From: Acidobacteriota bacterium
GTDB lineage: Bacteria; Acidobacteriota; UBA6911; RPQK01; JAJDTT01
Length of the DNA stretch: 64,000 bases
Reading direction: 5' to 3'
NCBI GenBank assembly: GCA_965217775.1
Contig: CBDCJH010000002.1
Span: 3,328,001-3,392,000 of the forward strand
Below are positions 50,580 to 60,247 of this stretch, one piece after another; position 1 is the stretch's first letter, and every line of letters begins with the position of its first letter. The translations under genes and the position numbers were made by a program. The notes beneath the pieces are model-generated. The model saw nothing but the letters and a program-made list of their open reading frames with translations, had not been told where the DNA came from and did not search any database.

Positions 50580-53459
50580 TCAGGGGCGGTAGTCGACCCA
50601 GACCGGCGACCCCCAGGCCATCTCTCCGTCTTCCTGGATCACGCGAAGATAGTAGTAGCTCTCCCCCGGCTCGGAGGCTCCGTCCGCGTACTGGAATTCG
50701 ACTTCCCTCTTGTCCGGCGCCGCAGAGTAGACGATCCGGTTGTCCTTGATGACGTCCACGCGGCGGATGGGCTTTGTGCCCAGCAGATTGGCCTGGATTC
50801 GGATCGGCGTCGCGCTCTTGAATGCCTCCCCCATCAGGTGCTCTCCGTCCGATCCGAGGAATCGGACATCCAGGATGATGTTGTCGGTGGCGGCGTAGGC
50901 CCGCCGGGCTCGGATAGCCTCCAGGAGCCCCTCCGGCGTCAGCTCCTCGGCCAGGAGGCAGGCGTAGCTGATGTGGGTGGAGAGGTGATCCGAGGAGGCG
51001 ATGAAGCCCAGCTTGTAGCCCTTCTCCAGCGCGCTCCAGGCCGTGCCCAGCCGCCGAAAGGGTCGATTGTCCTGCTCCAGAGTGGAACTGGGCTGAACCG
51101 TCATGGGCTGGGGGGCACCCGGATACTCGTAGGTCTCCCGCATTCCCTGGAAGATCTCCAGCAGGTGCTCGACCTTGGGATCGTTGTCGCGCCAGTCGGT
51201 ACCGGACCCGGTCGCCATGGTGTGGGGGATGGAGGTCCCGTTCTTCCGGCGGAGGTGCCAAAAGAGCCGCTCAGCCCCCTCCAGCCCCAGGTGCTCGGCG
51301 GTCTCGATGGGGAGGATCGAGGTTCCGCGGCGAATGAAGAAGACGTTGCGGTGGCCGTTGGGGAATTCGAGGCTCCGCTCGTAACCGTAGAAAGCGGCGA
51401 AGTTCTCCAGTTGGAAGAGGTCGGCGACCTTCTGGTTCCGCCACCAGTTGTAAGGTTCAACGATCTCGTGGTTGTGGTCCGTGACCCCCAGGAAGTCCAT
51501 CCCCGCCGCATCCCGGGCGTATCGATAGGCGTCGACGAGGGAGCCGTCCCCCCCGCCGTCCAGGGAGATGTCCGTATGGCGGTGCAGGTCTCCCCTGTAG
51601 ATGGCGTAGGTCCGCCCTCGGGAATGGATGCGGTAGGACCGGATTCGCTCCAGATCCCCGGGCTCGTCCGGATGGGCCGGTTCGAAGGGTTCGACCGCTG
51701 GAAGCTGGAGGGGAGACAACTCGATCGGGGCGGATTCTCCCTGGCCCAACACCCCCACCATGACCTGACCATGGTTTGCCAGATAAGACTTGGTGGTCCG
51801 ATTGTCGGTGGGCCATGCGGCCCAGACGCGCCCGTCGGGGTCCAGGGCGGACACCGGCATCATGTCGTTCCGGCCAGCGCTTTTGAAGAGTGTGGCAGGA
51901 CGAGTCCACCGGGACCCGTCGTATCGCAGGCAGGCGATCACCCAGGCGGCGAAGTAGCGCCCCCGGCCCTCGGCCTGGCGCATCGTCAGGCGCCGGACCA
52001 GCAGCCAGGGATGACCCGACGCATCCAACTGGAGATGGGGCATCTCCCATTTCCCCTCCCCCAGGTGAACGGCGGGATCCTGAAGGGTGGTCATCCACTT
52101 GCCGTCGGCCAGACACGCGATCCGCAGCGTCCGGGTCTCATAGAGCTCCGTTCCCTTGGACTGGCCGCTTTGATCGACGAGCCGCCCCGTATCCTTGCCC
52201 CACTGAGGACCCGACTCGTGCCAGGCGATCCAGACCCGCCCCCGGCCGTCCATGGCCACCGTGGCGCCGGCCTCGAAGCGAGGCGTTGCGGCCACCCTCC
52301 GGACTTCCTGCCACCGGCCCGACCGCCGCAGCCTGAGATAGACGTCGTAGTTGCCGGAAGCGTAGCCATCCCAGGCCACGGCCAAATCACCACCGGGACC
52401 CGCGGCCACCGAAGGCCACCAGTTGTTTCCCCCAGCGGCCGGACCCTCACTGATGCGGACCTCCCGGCCCCAGCGTCGGCCGTCGAAGTCCTGGGCCACG
52501 ATCTGGGTCACGCCGTCAATGGTCCTCTGCCAGACCAGCCAGAGCCTGCCCTCCGAATCCGTGACGGCGCGGTGGTAAACGTCGGGACTCGGATGATCGG
52601 TGAGCCGCTGGCGGGCCGACCATCGCCGCCCATCGAAATTCTTCGCGTACAGGTCCCAATTCCCCTCCACCTGTACGGACCAGACGACCCAAACCCGGCC
52701 TCTCGAATCTTCGGCCAGCGCCGTTCGGAAGGCGTCAACGCCGGCATCCAAGAGATGGACCGGGCCCCAGCCCGACTCGCCCCGGGACCGGGCCAGCACC
52801 AGGTCCGCCTCCCCCTCGACGTATTCCTGCCACGCGGCCCAGAGCGTGCCTGATCGGGTCGCCGTCAATGACGGGTAGTCCTGGATGTCGAAGCGCTCTG
52901 AGGCCAGAGGGGACGAAGGCGGGACCGCTTCCACCAGGACGGCTCCCTCCAAAAACGTCTCGGATTGAAATAGCCGGATGCCCCCCGGCCGAAAACTGAA
53001 CGCTCCCTTCTCCGTCTCGATCCGGATGGGCGGGTCTCCCGGATTCTGCAGGACGTTGACGATGACGCTGGGATGGCGCAGCGTGCTTTCGCCTCTTCGC
53101 ATCCAGCTCATGCGGGTGGCCGCCACCCAGCCCAGCTTCCCCTTGATCTGATCGTTGGGGAGTTGCGGATCGGCGTCGACCGAGTGGATGCTGTCGAGGA
53201 AGCTGTGGCGGTAGATGTTGGCCCGGAACTCGTCCGATTTCAGCTCGAGCTTCTGTCCCGGGACCGGGACCAGCCTGCCGCTCCAGATTCCGGGTTCTTC
53301 GTCGAGGAGCCCCAGCCGGACCCGGAAGGAGGATTCGGGGAGCAGAACCTCAGTCGACTGGGGCGGCGGAGTGCCGGCGGGCCGGCATTGGGACAACCCG
53401 ATGGCCAATACCAGCACTCCGAGGCCCGATAACGAGAACGACACGCGTCCGACTGCCAT
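50580..53459 (-). CDS. Large exported protein: beta-propeller + PHP-like metallohydrolase (DUF3604-like)
   Basis: GDLHRHTD, VTDHNH, GHRN, IPHT, GFIASSDH. Confidence 0.75.
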   Translation of the reverse strand: MAVGRVSFSLSGLGVLVLAIGLSQCRPAGTPPPQSTEVLLPESSFRVRLGLLDEEPGIWSGRLVPVPGQKLELKSDEFRANIYRHSFLDSIHSVDADPQLPNDQIKGKLGWVAATRMSWMRRGESTLRHPSVIVNVLQNPGDPPIRIETEKGAFSFRPGGIRLFQSETFLEGAVLVEAVPPSSPLASERFDIQDYPSLTATRSGTLWAAWQEYVEGEADLVLARSRGESGWGPVHLLDAGVDAFRTALAEDSRGRVWVVWSVQVEGNWDLYAKNFDGRRWSARQRLTDHPSPDVYHRAVTDSEGRLWLVWQRTIDGVTQIVAQDFDGRRWGREVRISEGPAAGGNNWWPSVAAGPGGDLAVAWDGYASGNYDVYLRLRRSGRWQEVRRVAATPRFEAGATVAMDGRGRVWIAWHESGPQWGKDTGRLVDQSGQSKGTELYETRTLRIACLADGKWMTTLQDPAVHLGEGKWEMPHLQLDASGHPWLLVRRLTMRQAEGRGRYFAAWVIACLRYDGSRWTRPATLFKSAGRNDMMPVSALDPDGRVWAAWPTDNRTTKSYLANHGQVMVGVLGQGESAPIELSPLQLPAVEPFEPAHPDEPGDLERIRSYRIHSRGRTYAIYRGDLHRHTDISLDGGGDGSLVDAYRYARDAAGMDFLGVTDHNHEIVEPYNWWRNQKVADLFQLENFAAFYGYERSLEFPNGHRNVFFIRRGTSILPIETAEHLGLEGAERLFWHLRRKNGTSIPHTMATGSGTDWRDNDPKVEHLLEIFQGMRETYEYPGAPQPMTVQPSSTLEQDNRPFRRLGTAWSALEKGYKLGFIASSDHLSTHISYACLLAEELTPEGLLEAIRARRAYAATDNIILDVRFLGSDGEHLMGEAFKSATPIRIQANLLGTKPIRRVDVIKDNRIVYSAAPDKREVEFQYADGASEPGESYYYLRVIQEDGEMAWGSPVWVDYRP

Positions 53460-53589
53460 GCAGGATCCTCCGAAAAAGGTGGTGATCTGGCCAGTCTCAA
53501 CAATAACAGCCGAGTGGGACTGTCCAGTGGATCGGAGATCGAGCGGATGTTCGGCAGGCTTTCTTGTGCCGGCACCCGGTACGCCGGAA

Positions 53590-55089
53590 TCAATGAAACC
53601 GGAATGCGTACAGATGAGCGTCGCGGAGGCGCACTCGCAAACGAACCGGACGGACGGCCCAAGGGGACAGGTCGGCCTGGGGGTCCCAGCGGACGTCCCC
53701 TCCGGTTCGATCCCCGACGATTCTGGGACAGTCGTTCATGCCCGCGCCTGGTAGCGGGGCTCGGGTTTCGTCCTGGAGCTCGACCCGCAGGCCGCCACCG
53801 CCACTCGTGCGGTAGTTCAACTCCAACCGGCTGCCCGTGAAGACGATGGGCCGGGTCGTGAACTCACCCCATCCTTCATAGGGGCCTTCCACCGAAACGA
53901 AGCCGTCGCTCCGCAGCGAGCACCGCCGGAGCCGGCATTCCGGCGAGCGGTACAGCTCCGTGTAGTACATGGAGATCTCGTTCCGCCCGGTGGGCACGAC
54001 CCCCTGCCCCATGATGGGATTCCGGTCCACCCAATTGCGTTCGTCGAGACCGGGGCTCAGGAAAGACTTCCGGAGCGGCCGCCGCCAATGCACTCCGTCC
54101 CGGCTGGTGGCCAATTGAACGTCGGAGAGTCCGGTCTGATAAGGCAGGCTCTTGTCGTCCCTGACGTAGAACACCATGGGGAACATGAGAAAACTGCGGG
54201 CCGCCCGGAAATAATTGACGGCGGCGTTGGTGTAGTGATGGAGGTTGGCGGGATCCTTCAGGTCCCGGGCCAACACCAACTCCGGCTCTGACCAGTGGAG
54301 GAAATCCCGGGACTCGCAGCGCCGAATCGCCCGGCGGCCACCTTTGAAACGGGACTTGTCCACTTCGGGCCGGTTGTGGACATAGCGCCGTCCTGCGGGA
54401 TCCCACATTACGGGACCTCCAGTCGAGGTGTCGACGCCGCGCATATGGATCACGTAGCGCCCGTGCTCATCGTCCCACAACAGGGTGTTGTGGCTGTCGA
54501 AGGGTCCCGAGGTGACCAGGGGAGTCTCCCGCACCGGCTTCCAGCGGATACCGTCCGAAGAGACATAACCGGGAAGCCCGCCGGAAGAGGCGATCATCTT
54601 GTAGCGTTCGGGACTTCCCGGCGGCTCGTTGGGGTCCAGGATCTGGCTGGCGTTGTGCAGCTCGGCGCCGCCCAGGATGTTGTTGTCTTGGGAACCTTGG
54701 AACGAGTGGATGCCCAGGTCCGGCTTGGTCCAGCGGATGCCGTCGCCGCTTTCCGCATAACAGGTTCGGCGCCCTGCCCGATAACACATCTGATAGCGGC
54801 CGTCGGAGTGGACGACCGAGCTGTAGTGGATGCCTTCCTCTTCCCAGGGCCGGTCGCTCTCCAGCGCCACTTCCCGGGGAATAGGACGATGCAGCGTGAG
54901 CCGGGTATTCCATGACCGGTCGAACCAGTAGTCGTCCAGAAACAGCTGCCGCCTCGATCCGACGTCGATGGGTCCGGCCCGGCCGGGTACGGCGCTCCGG
55001 CCCGGCAAGAAAGCTCCGGCTCCCAGCGTCAGGCCGCCGACGCCCGTAGACTTCAGCCAACTGCGGCGGGTCCTTCGACGTTGGCTCAT
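53590..55089 (-). CDS. Tat-exported beta-propeller GH-like family protein
   Basis: TRRSWLK, VGSRRQLFLD, FDSHN, LRSDGFVS, RLRVRLRDAHLYAFRF. Confidence 0.82.
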   Translation of the reverse strand: MSQRRRTRRSWLKSTGVGGLTLGAGAFLPGRSAVPGRAGPIDVGSRRQLFLDDYWFDRSWNTRLTLHRPIPREVALESDRPWEEEGIHYSSVVHSDGRYQMCYRAGRRTCYAESGDGIRWTKPDLGIHSFQGSQDNNILGGAELHNASQILDPNEPPGSPERYKMIASSGGLPGYVSSDGIRWKPVRETPLVTSGPFDSHNTLLWDDEHGRYVIHMRGVDTSTGGPVMWDPAGRRYVHNRPEVDKSRFKGGRRAIRRCESRDFLHWSEPELVLARDLKDPANLHHYTNAAVNYFRAARSFLMFPMVFYVRDDKSLPYQTGLSDVQLATSRDGVHWRRPLRKSFLSPGLDERNWVDRNPIMGQGVVPTGRNEISMYYTELYRSPECRLRRCSLRSDGFVSVEGPYEGWGEFTTRPIVFTGSRLELNYRTSGGGGLRVELQDETRAPLPGAGMNDCPRIVGDRTGGDVRWDPQADLSPWAVRPVRLRVRLRDAHLYAFRFH

Positions 55090-55306
55090 GAATGCCAGAT
55101 CTTTCTTCCCCCCGGAGTAATCCCCACGGGCGGACGATTCTTCTCGGGCCGGCTGCCGCTGGGAACGCACCCGCAATTCTTTCCTTGGGCCGGTGGGTGT
55201 CCTCGGTGGACGCCAGTGTATATGCCCCCGACTTGACACATCCAGCCAGGCTTCGCCGACCTGCACGCGTATGAGGAACAATTGCGGATTGGGATCGAGA
55301 ACGAAC

Positions 55307-55334
55307 CGGGGAAGAAATAGACTGTCCCCTATTA
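55307..55334 (+). repeat. GACTGTCCCC motif copy
   Basis: CGGGGAAGAAATAGACTGTCCCCTATT. Confidence 0.82.
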
Positions 55335-55407
55335 AGTAGAGAGTGACAGTAGGGAGGCCCGGCAACCGCCCTGGCCGATCGGCACGGTCGAAAGAGAGGA
55401 GAACCCC

Positions 55408-56970
55408 ATGAATCATGCGAGGCTCGTGACCATCATCTGCAGTGTGGGTTGGCTGCTCCCGACTTCCTGTGGGAGCGCGACCGATCCGCCTTCCAGGGGG
55501 CCCAACGTCGTTGTCATCTTCGCCGACGATCTGGGCTACGGTGACATCGGCAGTTTCAACCCCGACTGCCCGTTCCGCACACCCAACCTGGACCGGATGG
55601 CTAGCCAGGGAGCCCAGCTGACCAACTTCTACGTCCCCCTGCCCTACTGCGCGCCTTCACGCGGGACCCTGCTGACGGGCCGCTACCCGTTTCGCCACGG
55701 CGTCGTCTTCAACCCCGCGCCCGATGACGGGCGCTCGGGCTTCGGCCTGCCGTCGTCGGAGGTCACCCTGGCGGAGGTCTTGAAGACCGCCGGCTACGCC
55801 ACGGCGGCCTATGGCAAGTGGCATCTGGGCCACGAAGAGCCGTGGCTCCCCCGCACTCAGGGCTTCGACGAGTATTTCGGCATTCTCTATTCCAACGACA
55901 TGTTTCCGGTACAACTGGTTCGAAACGAGGAGGTGGTGGAATACCCCGTGGTGCAGGCCACCCTCACCCGTCGCTACACCGATCTGGCGCTTCGCTTTAT
56001 CGAGAACCACCAGGACCGTCCCTTCTTCCTATATCTGGCCCATGCCATGCCCCACAAGCCTCTGGCGGCGTCCGATGACTTCTACACGCCCGAGAGCAGG
56101 GAGGATCTCTACGCCGATGTGATCGCCGAGCTGGACCACTCGGTGGGCCGGATCCTCCAGAGATTGGACGATCTGGATCTGTCAGAAGACACCCTGGTGA
56201 TCTTCACCTCGGACAACGGCCCCTGGTACGGCGGGTCCACCGGTGGCTTGCGGGGGATGAAGGGAAAGACCTGGGAAGGGGGGTTGCGGGTGCCCCTGAT
56301 CGCTCGCCTTCCCGGTGTCATTCCCCCCGGAGTCGTCAACCCCGAGCCTGCTGGGACCATCGACATACTCCCGACGGTTTGCGGGTTGACCGGAATTCCC
56401 CTGCCGGACGACCGCGTCCTGGACGGCAAGGACATCCTGCCCCAGCTTCGGGACGGGAAGGCCCCGAGCCCCCACGAGGGCATCTATGGAATGAAGGGGG
56501 CGGCTCTGTCCACGATTCGCTCGGGCCCGTGGAAGCTCCATGTTCGAAGCCCGGGTCCCCGGCGATACGCCGATTCGGCGGCGGAGGAGCTGGGGCAGTG
56601 GGTCGACCGCCGGGGTCCGGACGGAGTCACGATCCTGGCTCCCTATGAGCAGCCCAAGCCCGACCAATACCCCGGCTTGACCGGCGGCGACGGACCCGGC
56701 GACGGGATGCTCTTCAACCTCGAGACCGATCCCGGCGAGCAGCATGACGTGTCCGCTCAGCATCCCCAGGTGGTCCAGGATCTGATGACCCGGTTCGAAG
56801 CGATGGCGGCCCAGGTCCCAGGGTTTCAGGGACCACCGCCCCACTACTACCTGTTTGGATCGCCTGCCGAAGGGGAACCGAGACCCTTGATGCGGCTCAT
56901 TGGCGGCGAACTGCGATATGACAGGATCCCCAGGTCGCAGCAGCATCTGTTGGCCACGCAACCAGAATGA
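55408..56970 (+). CDS. S1 sulfatase, probable lipoprotein
   Basis: CAPSRGTLLTG, GKWHLG, YSNDM, SDNGPW. Confidence 0.92.
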   Translation: MNHARLVTIICSVGWLLPTSCGSATDPPSRGPNVVVIFADDLGYGDIGSFNPDCPFRTPNLDRMASQGAQLTNFYVPLPYCAPSRGTLLTGRYPFRHGVVFNPAPDDGRSGFGLPSSEVTLAEVLKTAGYATAAYGKWHLGHEEPWLPRTQGFDEYFGILYSNDMFPVQLVRNEEVVEYPVVQATLTRRYTDLALRFIENHQDRPFFLYLAHAMPHKPLAASDDFYTPESREDLYADVIAELDHSVGRILQRLDDLDLSEDTLVIFTSDNGPWYGGSTGGLRGMKGKTWEGGLRVPLIARLPGVIPPGVVNPEPAGTIDILPTVCGLTGIPLPDDRVLDGKDILPQLRDGKAPSPHEGIYGMKGAALSTIRSGPWKLHVRSPGPRRYADSAAEELGQWVDRRGPDGVTILAPYEQPKPDQYPGLTGGDGPGDGMLFNLETDPGEQHDVSAQHPQVVQDLMTRFEAMAAQVPGFQGPPPHYYLFGSPAEGEPRPLMRLIGGELRYDRIPRSQQHLLATQPE

Positions 56971-57083
56971 TGCGCCGTTCTCGGTTGCCGGCGCCACCAC
57001 TCGGCCCGGTCGTGGATCCCACCCGGCGGGGTTTTTCTTGATCGGAATATCGTCGAAGGATTGGCGGTGACCTTCACGCGTAG

Positions 57084-57141
57084 CGGTAGAAGGAGACGGT
57101 AGAAACAGACTGTCCCCTTTTCATCCCCTTTTCATTTTCCC
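57084..57141 (+). repeat. GACTGTCCCC motif copy with duplications on both sides
   Basis: CGGTAGAA x2 upstream; TCCCCTTTTCA x2 at 57113-57134. Confidence 0.85.
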
Positions 57142-57344
57142 ACTTCAGGCATTTCCCCATTTCTTGTCGAAATCTCCCGGGCACAGGCTGTGCGATAATC
57201 ACGCCCGTCGTTGAGAAATGTGGGTCAGTTTCGAAGTCTTGCAAAAACCGGCAAAGAAATTCAATCGCAAGCCAAGAGAGACGACTTCTCAGGTCCCGAG
57301 CACGAAAGTCACCTCACACGAACGTGGTGAAGGGCAACACCATA

Positions 57345-58475
57345 ATGGACAGAATGCACGCCAGGATTGACTACTTTCGGATTGAGGGGTTCCGCTCACT
57401 GGCCAAGGTGGAGATCAAGGATTTTCCGCAGGTGGCCGTCATGATCGGCGCCAACGGATCCGGAAAATCCAACGTCATCCGTTTCTTCGAGATGTTGAGC
57501 TGGATGCTCCGGTCCTCCAGGTTGGCTGACTTCGTCCAGATGCAGGGAGGAGCGGACGACCAGCTCTTCGGAGGGCGGCGGCGCACGCGGCATATGGAGG
57601 CCGAAATTCATCTTGCCACCGAATCGGGGCGCAATGACTATCGCTTTGTGCTGGCGCACGCTCACCCGGACCGGCTCATGTTTCTCGACGAAGCATACCG
57701 ATACAGTAGCGCCGAATTGGAATCACGCGCGGATTGGCAACGGTTGGGTAGCGGCCACACCGAGGCGAAGATCGTAGCCACGGCTCAAGGGCGGTTCCCG
57801 AGAGATCGGAAAACCGCGTCGGTGGTGGTCAACCTGTTGCGCAATTGCTCTACCTATCAGTTCCATGACACCTCCGACGACTCCCGCTTCAAACAGTCGT
57901 GGGACGCGACCGACGATAGCTTTCTACGTGGACATGGGGGCAATTTGGCCGCGGTTCTCCACCGGTTGGAAACGGAAGACGTTGGGAGGTTTCTACTCAT
58001 TTGTCGGCATATCGGCCGCGTGCTGCCGGGTTTCGACCGCTTCGTTCTGGAAAAGCAGTACCAAAAGGTCTCACTTCGATGGAAAGCCAGGAATTCTGAA
58101 CAGACGTACGGCGCCCATCTCACCTCCGATGGTTCGTTACGGTTCTTTGCGTTGGCCACCTTGCTCAATCTTCCGCCGGAAATGCTTCCCGACGTGATTC
58201 TACTCGACGAACCCGAGCTTGGGCTGCATCCGACGGCTATCGAACTGGTGGCTGAAATGGTGAAGGTCGTGAGCCGCCGCCAGCAGGTGATAATTGCAAC
58301 ACAGTCCCCTTTGCTCGTCGACGCGTTTGGTCTGGATCGCGTGATCGTTGTTGAATCGCAAGAAGGCGCGACTGTGCTTCGAGGACTCGACCCCGCCCAG
58401 TATGCATCATGGCTCGATCAGGACTACTCGCCCGGAAGATTGTGGACGAAAAACCTGCTCGGAGGATGTCCGTGA
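57345..58475 (+). CDS. ABC/AAA_21-type ATPase
   Basis: GANGSGKS Walker A, SDGSLRF signature, LLDEPELGLHP, IATQSP. Confidence 0.9.
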   Translation: MDRMHARIDYFRIEGFRSLAKVEIKDFPQVAVMIGANGSGKSNVIRFFEMLSWMLRSSRLADFVQMQGGADDQLFGGRRRTRHMEAEIHLATESGRNDYRFVLAHAHPDRLMFLDEAYRYSSAELESRADWQRLGSGHTEAKIVATAQGRFPRDRKTASVVVNLLRNCSTYQFHDTSDDSRFKQSWDATDDSFLRGHGGNLAAVLHRLETEDVGRFLLICRHIGRVLPGFDRFVLEKQYQKVSLRWKARNSEQTYGAHLTSDGSLRFFALATLLNLPPEMLPDVILLDEPELGLHPTAIELVAEMVKVVSRRQQVIIATQSPLLVDAFGLDRVIVVESQEGATVLRGLDPAQYASWLDQDYSPGRLWTKNLLGGCP

Positions 58476-59101
58476 GCCGCCTCGGAATTGTGGTCGAAGG
58501 ACCGACAGAGGTGGAGTTCGTCAAACGTGTTTTGGCGAGATGTCTCTTCCGCCAAACTATCGCCGCAGTTCCAGTTTCAATGGATGGTGACGTCAAGATA
58601 AGACGTTTGGCCCGTGAAATGGCGAACCTGTTCTGGAACTTTGACTATGTTTCTTCGTTTGTGGATTTTTACGGCTTCCGGGATAAGGAATCGATGTCCG
58701 TCGATGAGTTGGAGGGGGCGGTCGGTGAAGCCGTCAAAGAGCAGATTGGCAGATCCTTCGACGAGTCTAAAATCTTCGTTTACGTGCAGCGCCATGAGTT
58801 CGAAGGAATCTTGTTCTCGGATGTCGATGGGTTTAGAGGAGTGGGGCTGGACATTAATCAAATCCACATCAGGCAGCTCCGGCATATCCGTGAACAGTTC
58901 CCTACGCCCGAAGACATCAACGACGAGAACCACACGGCGCCGAGCAAGAGACTGGGCGCGTTACTTCCGAATTTCAGAAAACGCCTGCACGGCCCCTTGG
59001 TTGCAGAGACCATCGGGCTTCCGAAGATCAGCGCGGAATGTCCCCGTTTCGCAGGTTGGCTCCGTCGTCTTGAGCGGTTGCCGCAGACCCAACGACGTTG
59101 A
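58472..59101 (+). CDS. DUF4276 family (TOPRIM-like) protein
   Basis: VVEGPTEVEFV, DFYG, HEFE, PEDIND..TAPSKR, CPRF..W; GTGA overlap with the ATPase. Confidence 0.85.
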   Translation: MSRLGIVVEGPTEVEFVKRVLARCLFRQTIAAVPVSMDGDVKIRRLAREMANLFWNFDYVSSFVDFYGFRDKESMSVDELEGAVGEAVKEQIGRSFDESKIFVYVQRHEFEGILFSDVDGFRGVGLDINQIHIRQLRHIREQFPTPEDINDENHTAPSKRLGALLPNFRKRLHGPLVAETIGLPKISAECPRFAGWLRRLERLPQTQRR

Positions 59102-59128
59102 GGACGGTTCAGGAGGTGATCACCCGAA

Positions 59129-59168
59129 GAGAAGGGGACAGTCACCAGTTTGTGGTCACCAGTTTGTG
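59129..59168 (-). repeat. GACTGTCCCC motif copy (inverted) with 14-bp tandem duplication
   Basis: GAGAAGGGGACAGTC, then GTCACCAGTTTGTG x2 (59141-59168). Confidence 0.85.
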
Positions 59169-59209
59169 TCTCGTGCGTCTCGTGTCTCGAACCGGAGGTA
59201 GAGAACCGA

Positions 59210-60232
59210 ATGTCGAGATGTAATCCATTCTTGCTGTTGCTCCTGGCCGCATCCCTGGCCGCCGGCTGCGGGGCCCCGGATGCCCAACTGGTCTCGGTCC
59301 GGAAGATCTGGGACCGGGCTCCCCATAGCGCCTTCACCGACCTGGTCCGCTTCCAGGACCGCTGGTTCTGCACTTTTCGGGAAGGAGAAAGTCACGTTTC
59401 CTCCGACGGAACCATCCGGATCATCACCTCGGCGGACGGGGAAACGTGGTCCTCCATTGCCCACTTTCCTCGAGAACCGGGACAGGATCTGAGGGACCCC
59501 AAGCTGGAAGTGACCCCGGACGGGCGTCTCATGGCGCTGGCCCTGGACCGGCGGGATCTGGCCGAGGACCACCTGGAGTTTTACTCGCTGGTCTGGTTTT
59601 CCCGGGACGGGACGGAATGGAGCACCCCTCAGCGGGTGGCCGACCCCGACTTTCTGCTCTGGCGGGTCACTTGGCATCAAGGGACGGCCTACGGCGGAGC
59701 ATATGCCGACCACCGGGCCGCCGGCCACCGCCCCAACCAGAACGAGTTCGTCCGGCTTTACAAGAGCGAAGATGGCTTGCAGTTCGAGACTCTGGTGCCC
59801 GTCCTTTTCAATCGCGGGTCTCCCAACGAAACCGCCATCGTGTTCCGGGCCGATGGAACCGCTGTCTGCCTTTTGCGGCGCGACGGGGAGGACAACACCG
59901 CCCAGATCGGAACCTCGCAGCCGTCGTACACACAATGGAATTGGAAGGATCTGAACGTGGTCATCGGCGGACCCGACCTCCTGGTCCTTCCGGATGGCCG
60001 CCTGGTGGCGTCGGGCCGCCAGCACCGTTCCGACGGCGAGCGCCGGACCCTCCTCTGGTGGATAGACCCGGAGGCAGCGACGGCAACCAAGATTCTGGAG
60101 TTGCCGTCAGGGGGAGACACCAGCTACGCCGGAATGGTCCTGTACGAGGGGCTACTCTGGATCAGCTACTACTCAACCCACGAAGAGAAGACCAGCATCT
60201 ACCTGGCCAAGGTGGCCCTGCCCGGCGTTTGA
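59210..60232 (+). CDS. Sialidase-like beta-propeller lipoprotein
   Basis: LAAGC lipobox, HSAFTDL, FREG, SADGETW, RDPKL, DTSYAG. Confidence 0.8.
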   Translation: MSRCNPFLLLLLAASLAAGCGAPDAQLVSVRKIWDRAPHSAFTDLVRFQDRWFCTFREGESHVSSDGTIRIITSADGETWSSIAHFPREPGQDLRDPKLEVTPDGRLMALALDRRDLAEDHLEFYSLVWFSRDGTEWSTPQRVADPDFLLWRVTWHQGTAYGGAYADHRAAGHRPNQNEFVRLYKSEDGLQFETLVPVLFNRGSPNETAIVFRADGTAVCLLRRDGEDNTAQIGTSQPSYTQWNWKDLNVVIGGPDLLVLPDGRLVASGRQHRSDGERRTLLWWIDPEAATATKILELPSGGDTSYAGMVLYEGLLWISYYSTHEEKTSIYLAKVALPGV

Positions 60233-60247
60233 GTTCTTTCTCCCACC

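Noticed and set aside
53661-53673. AAGGGGACAGGTC, resembling the motif
   Set aside because: Lies inside a CDS (encodes DLSP of the conserved family tail) and lacks the motif flank.
157-59168. GACTGTCCCC repeats as a CRISPR array or integron attC sites
   Set aside because: Spacing is irregular and kb-scale, there are no cas or intI genes, and no RYYYAAC/GTTRRRY attC structure.
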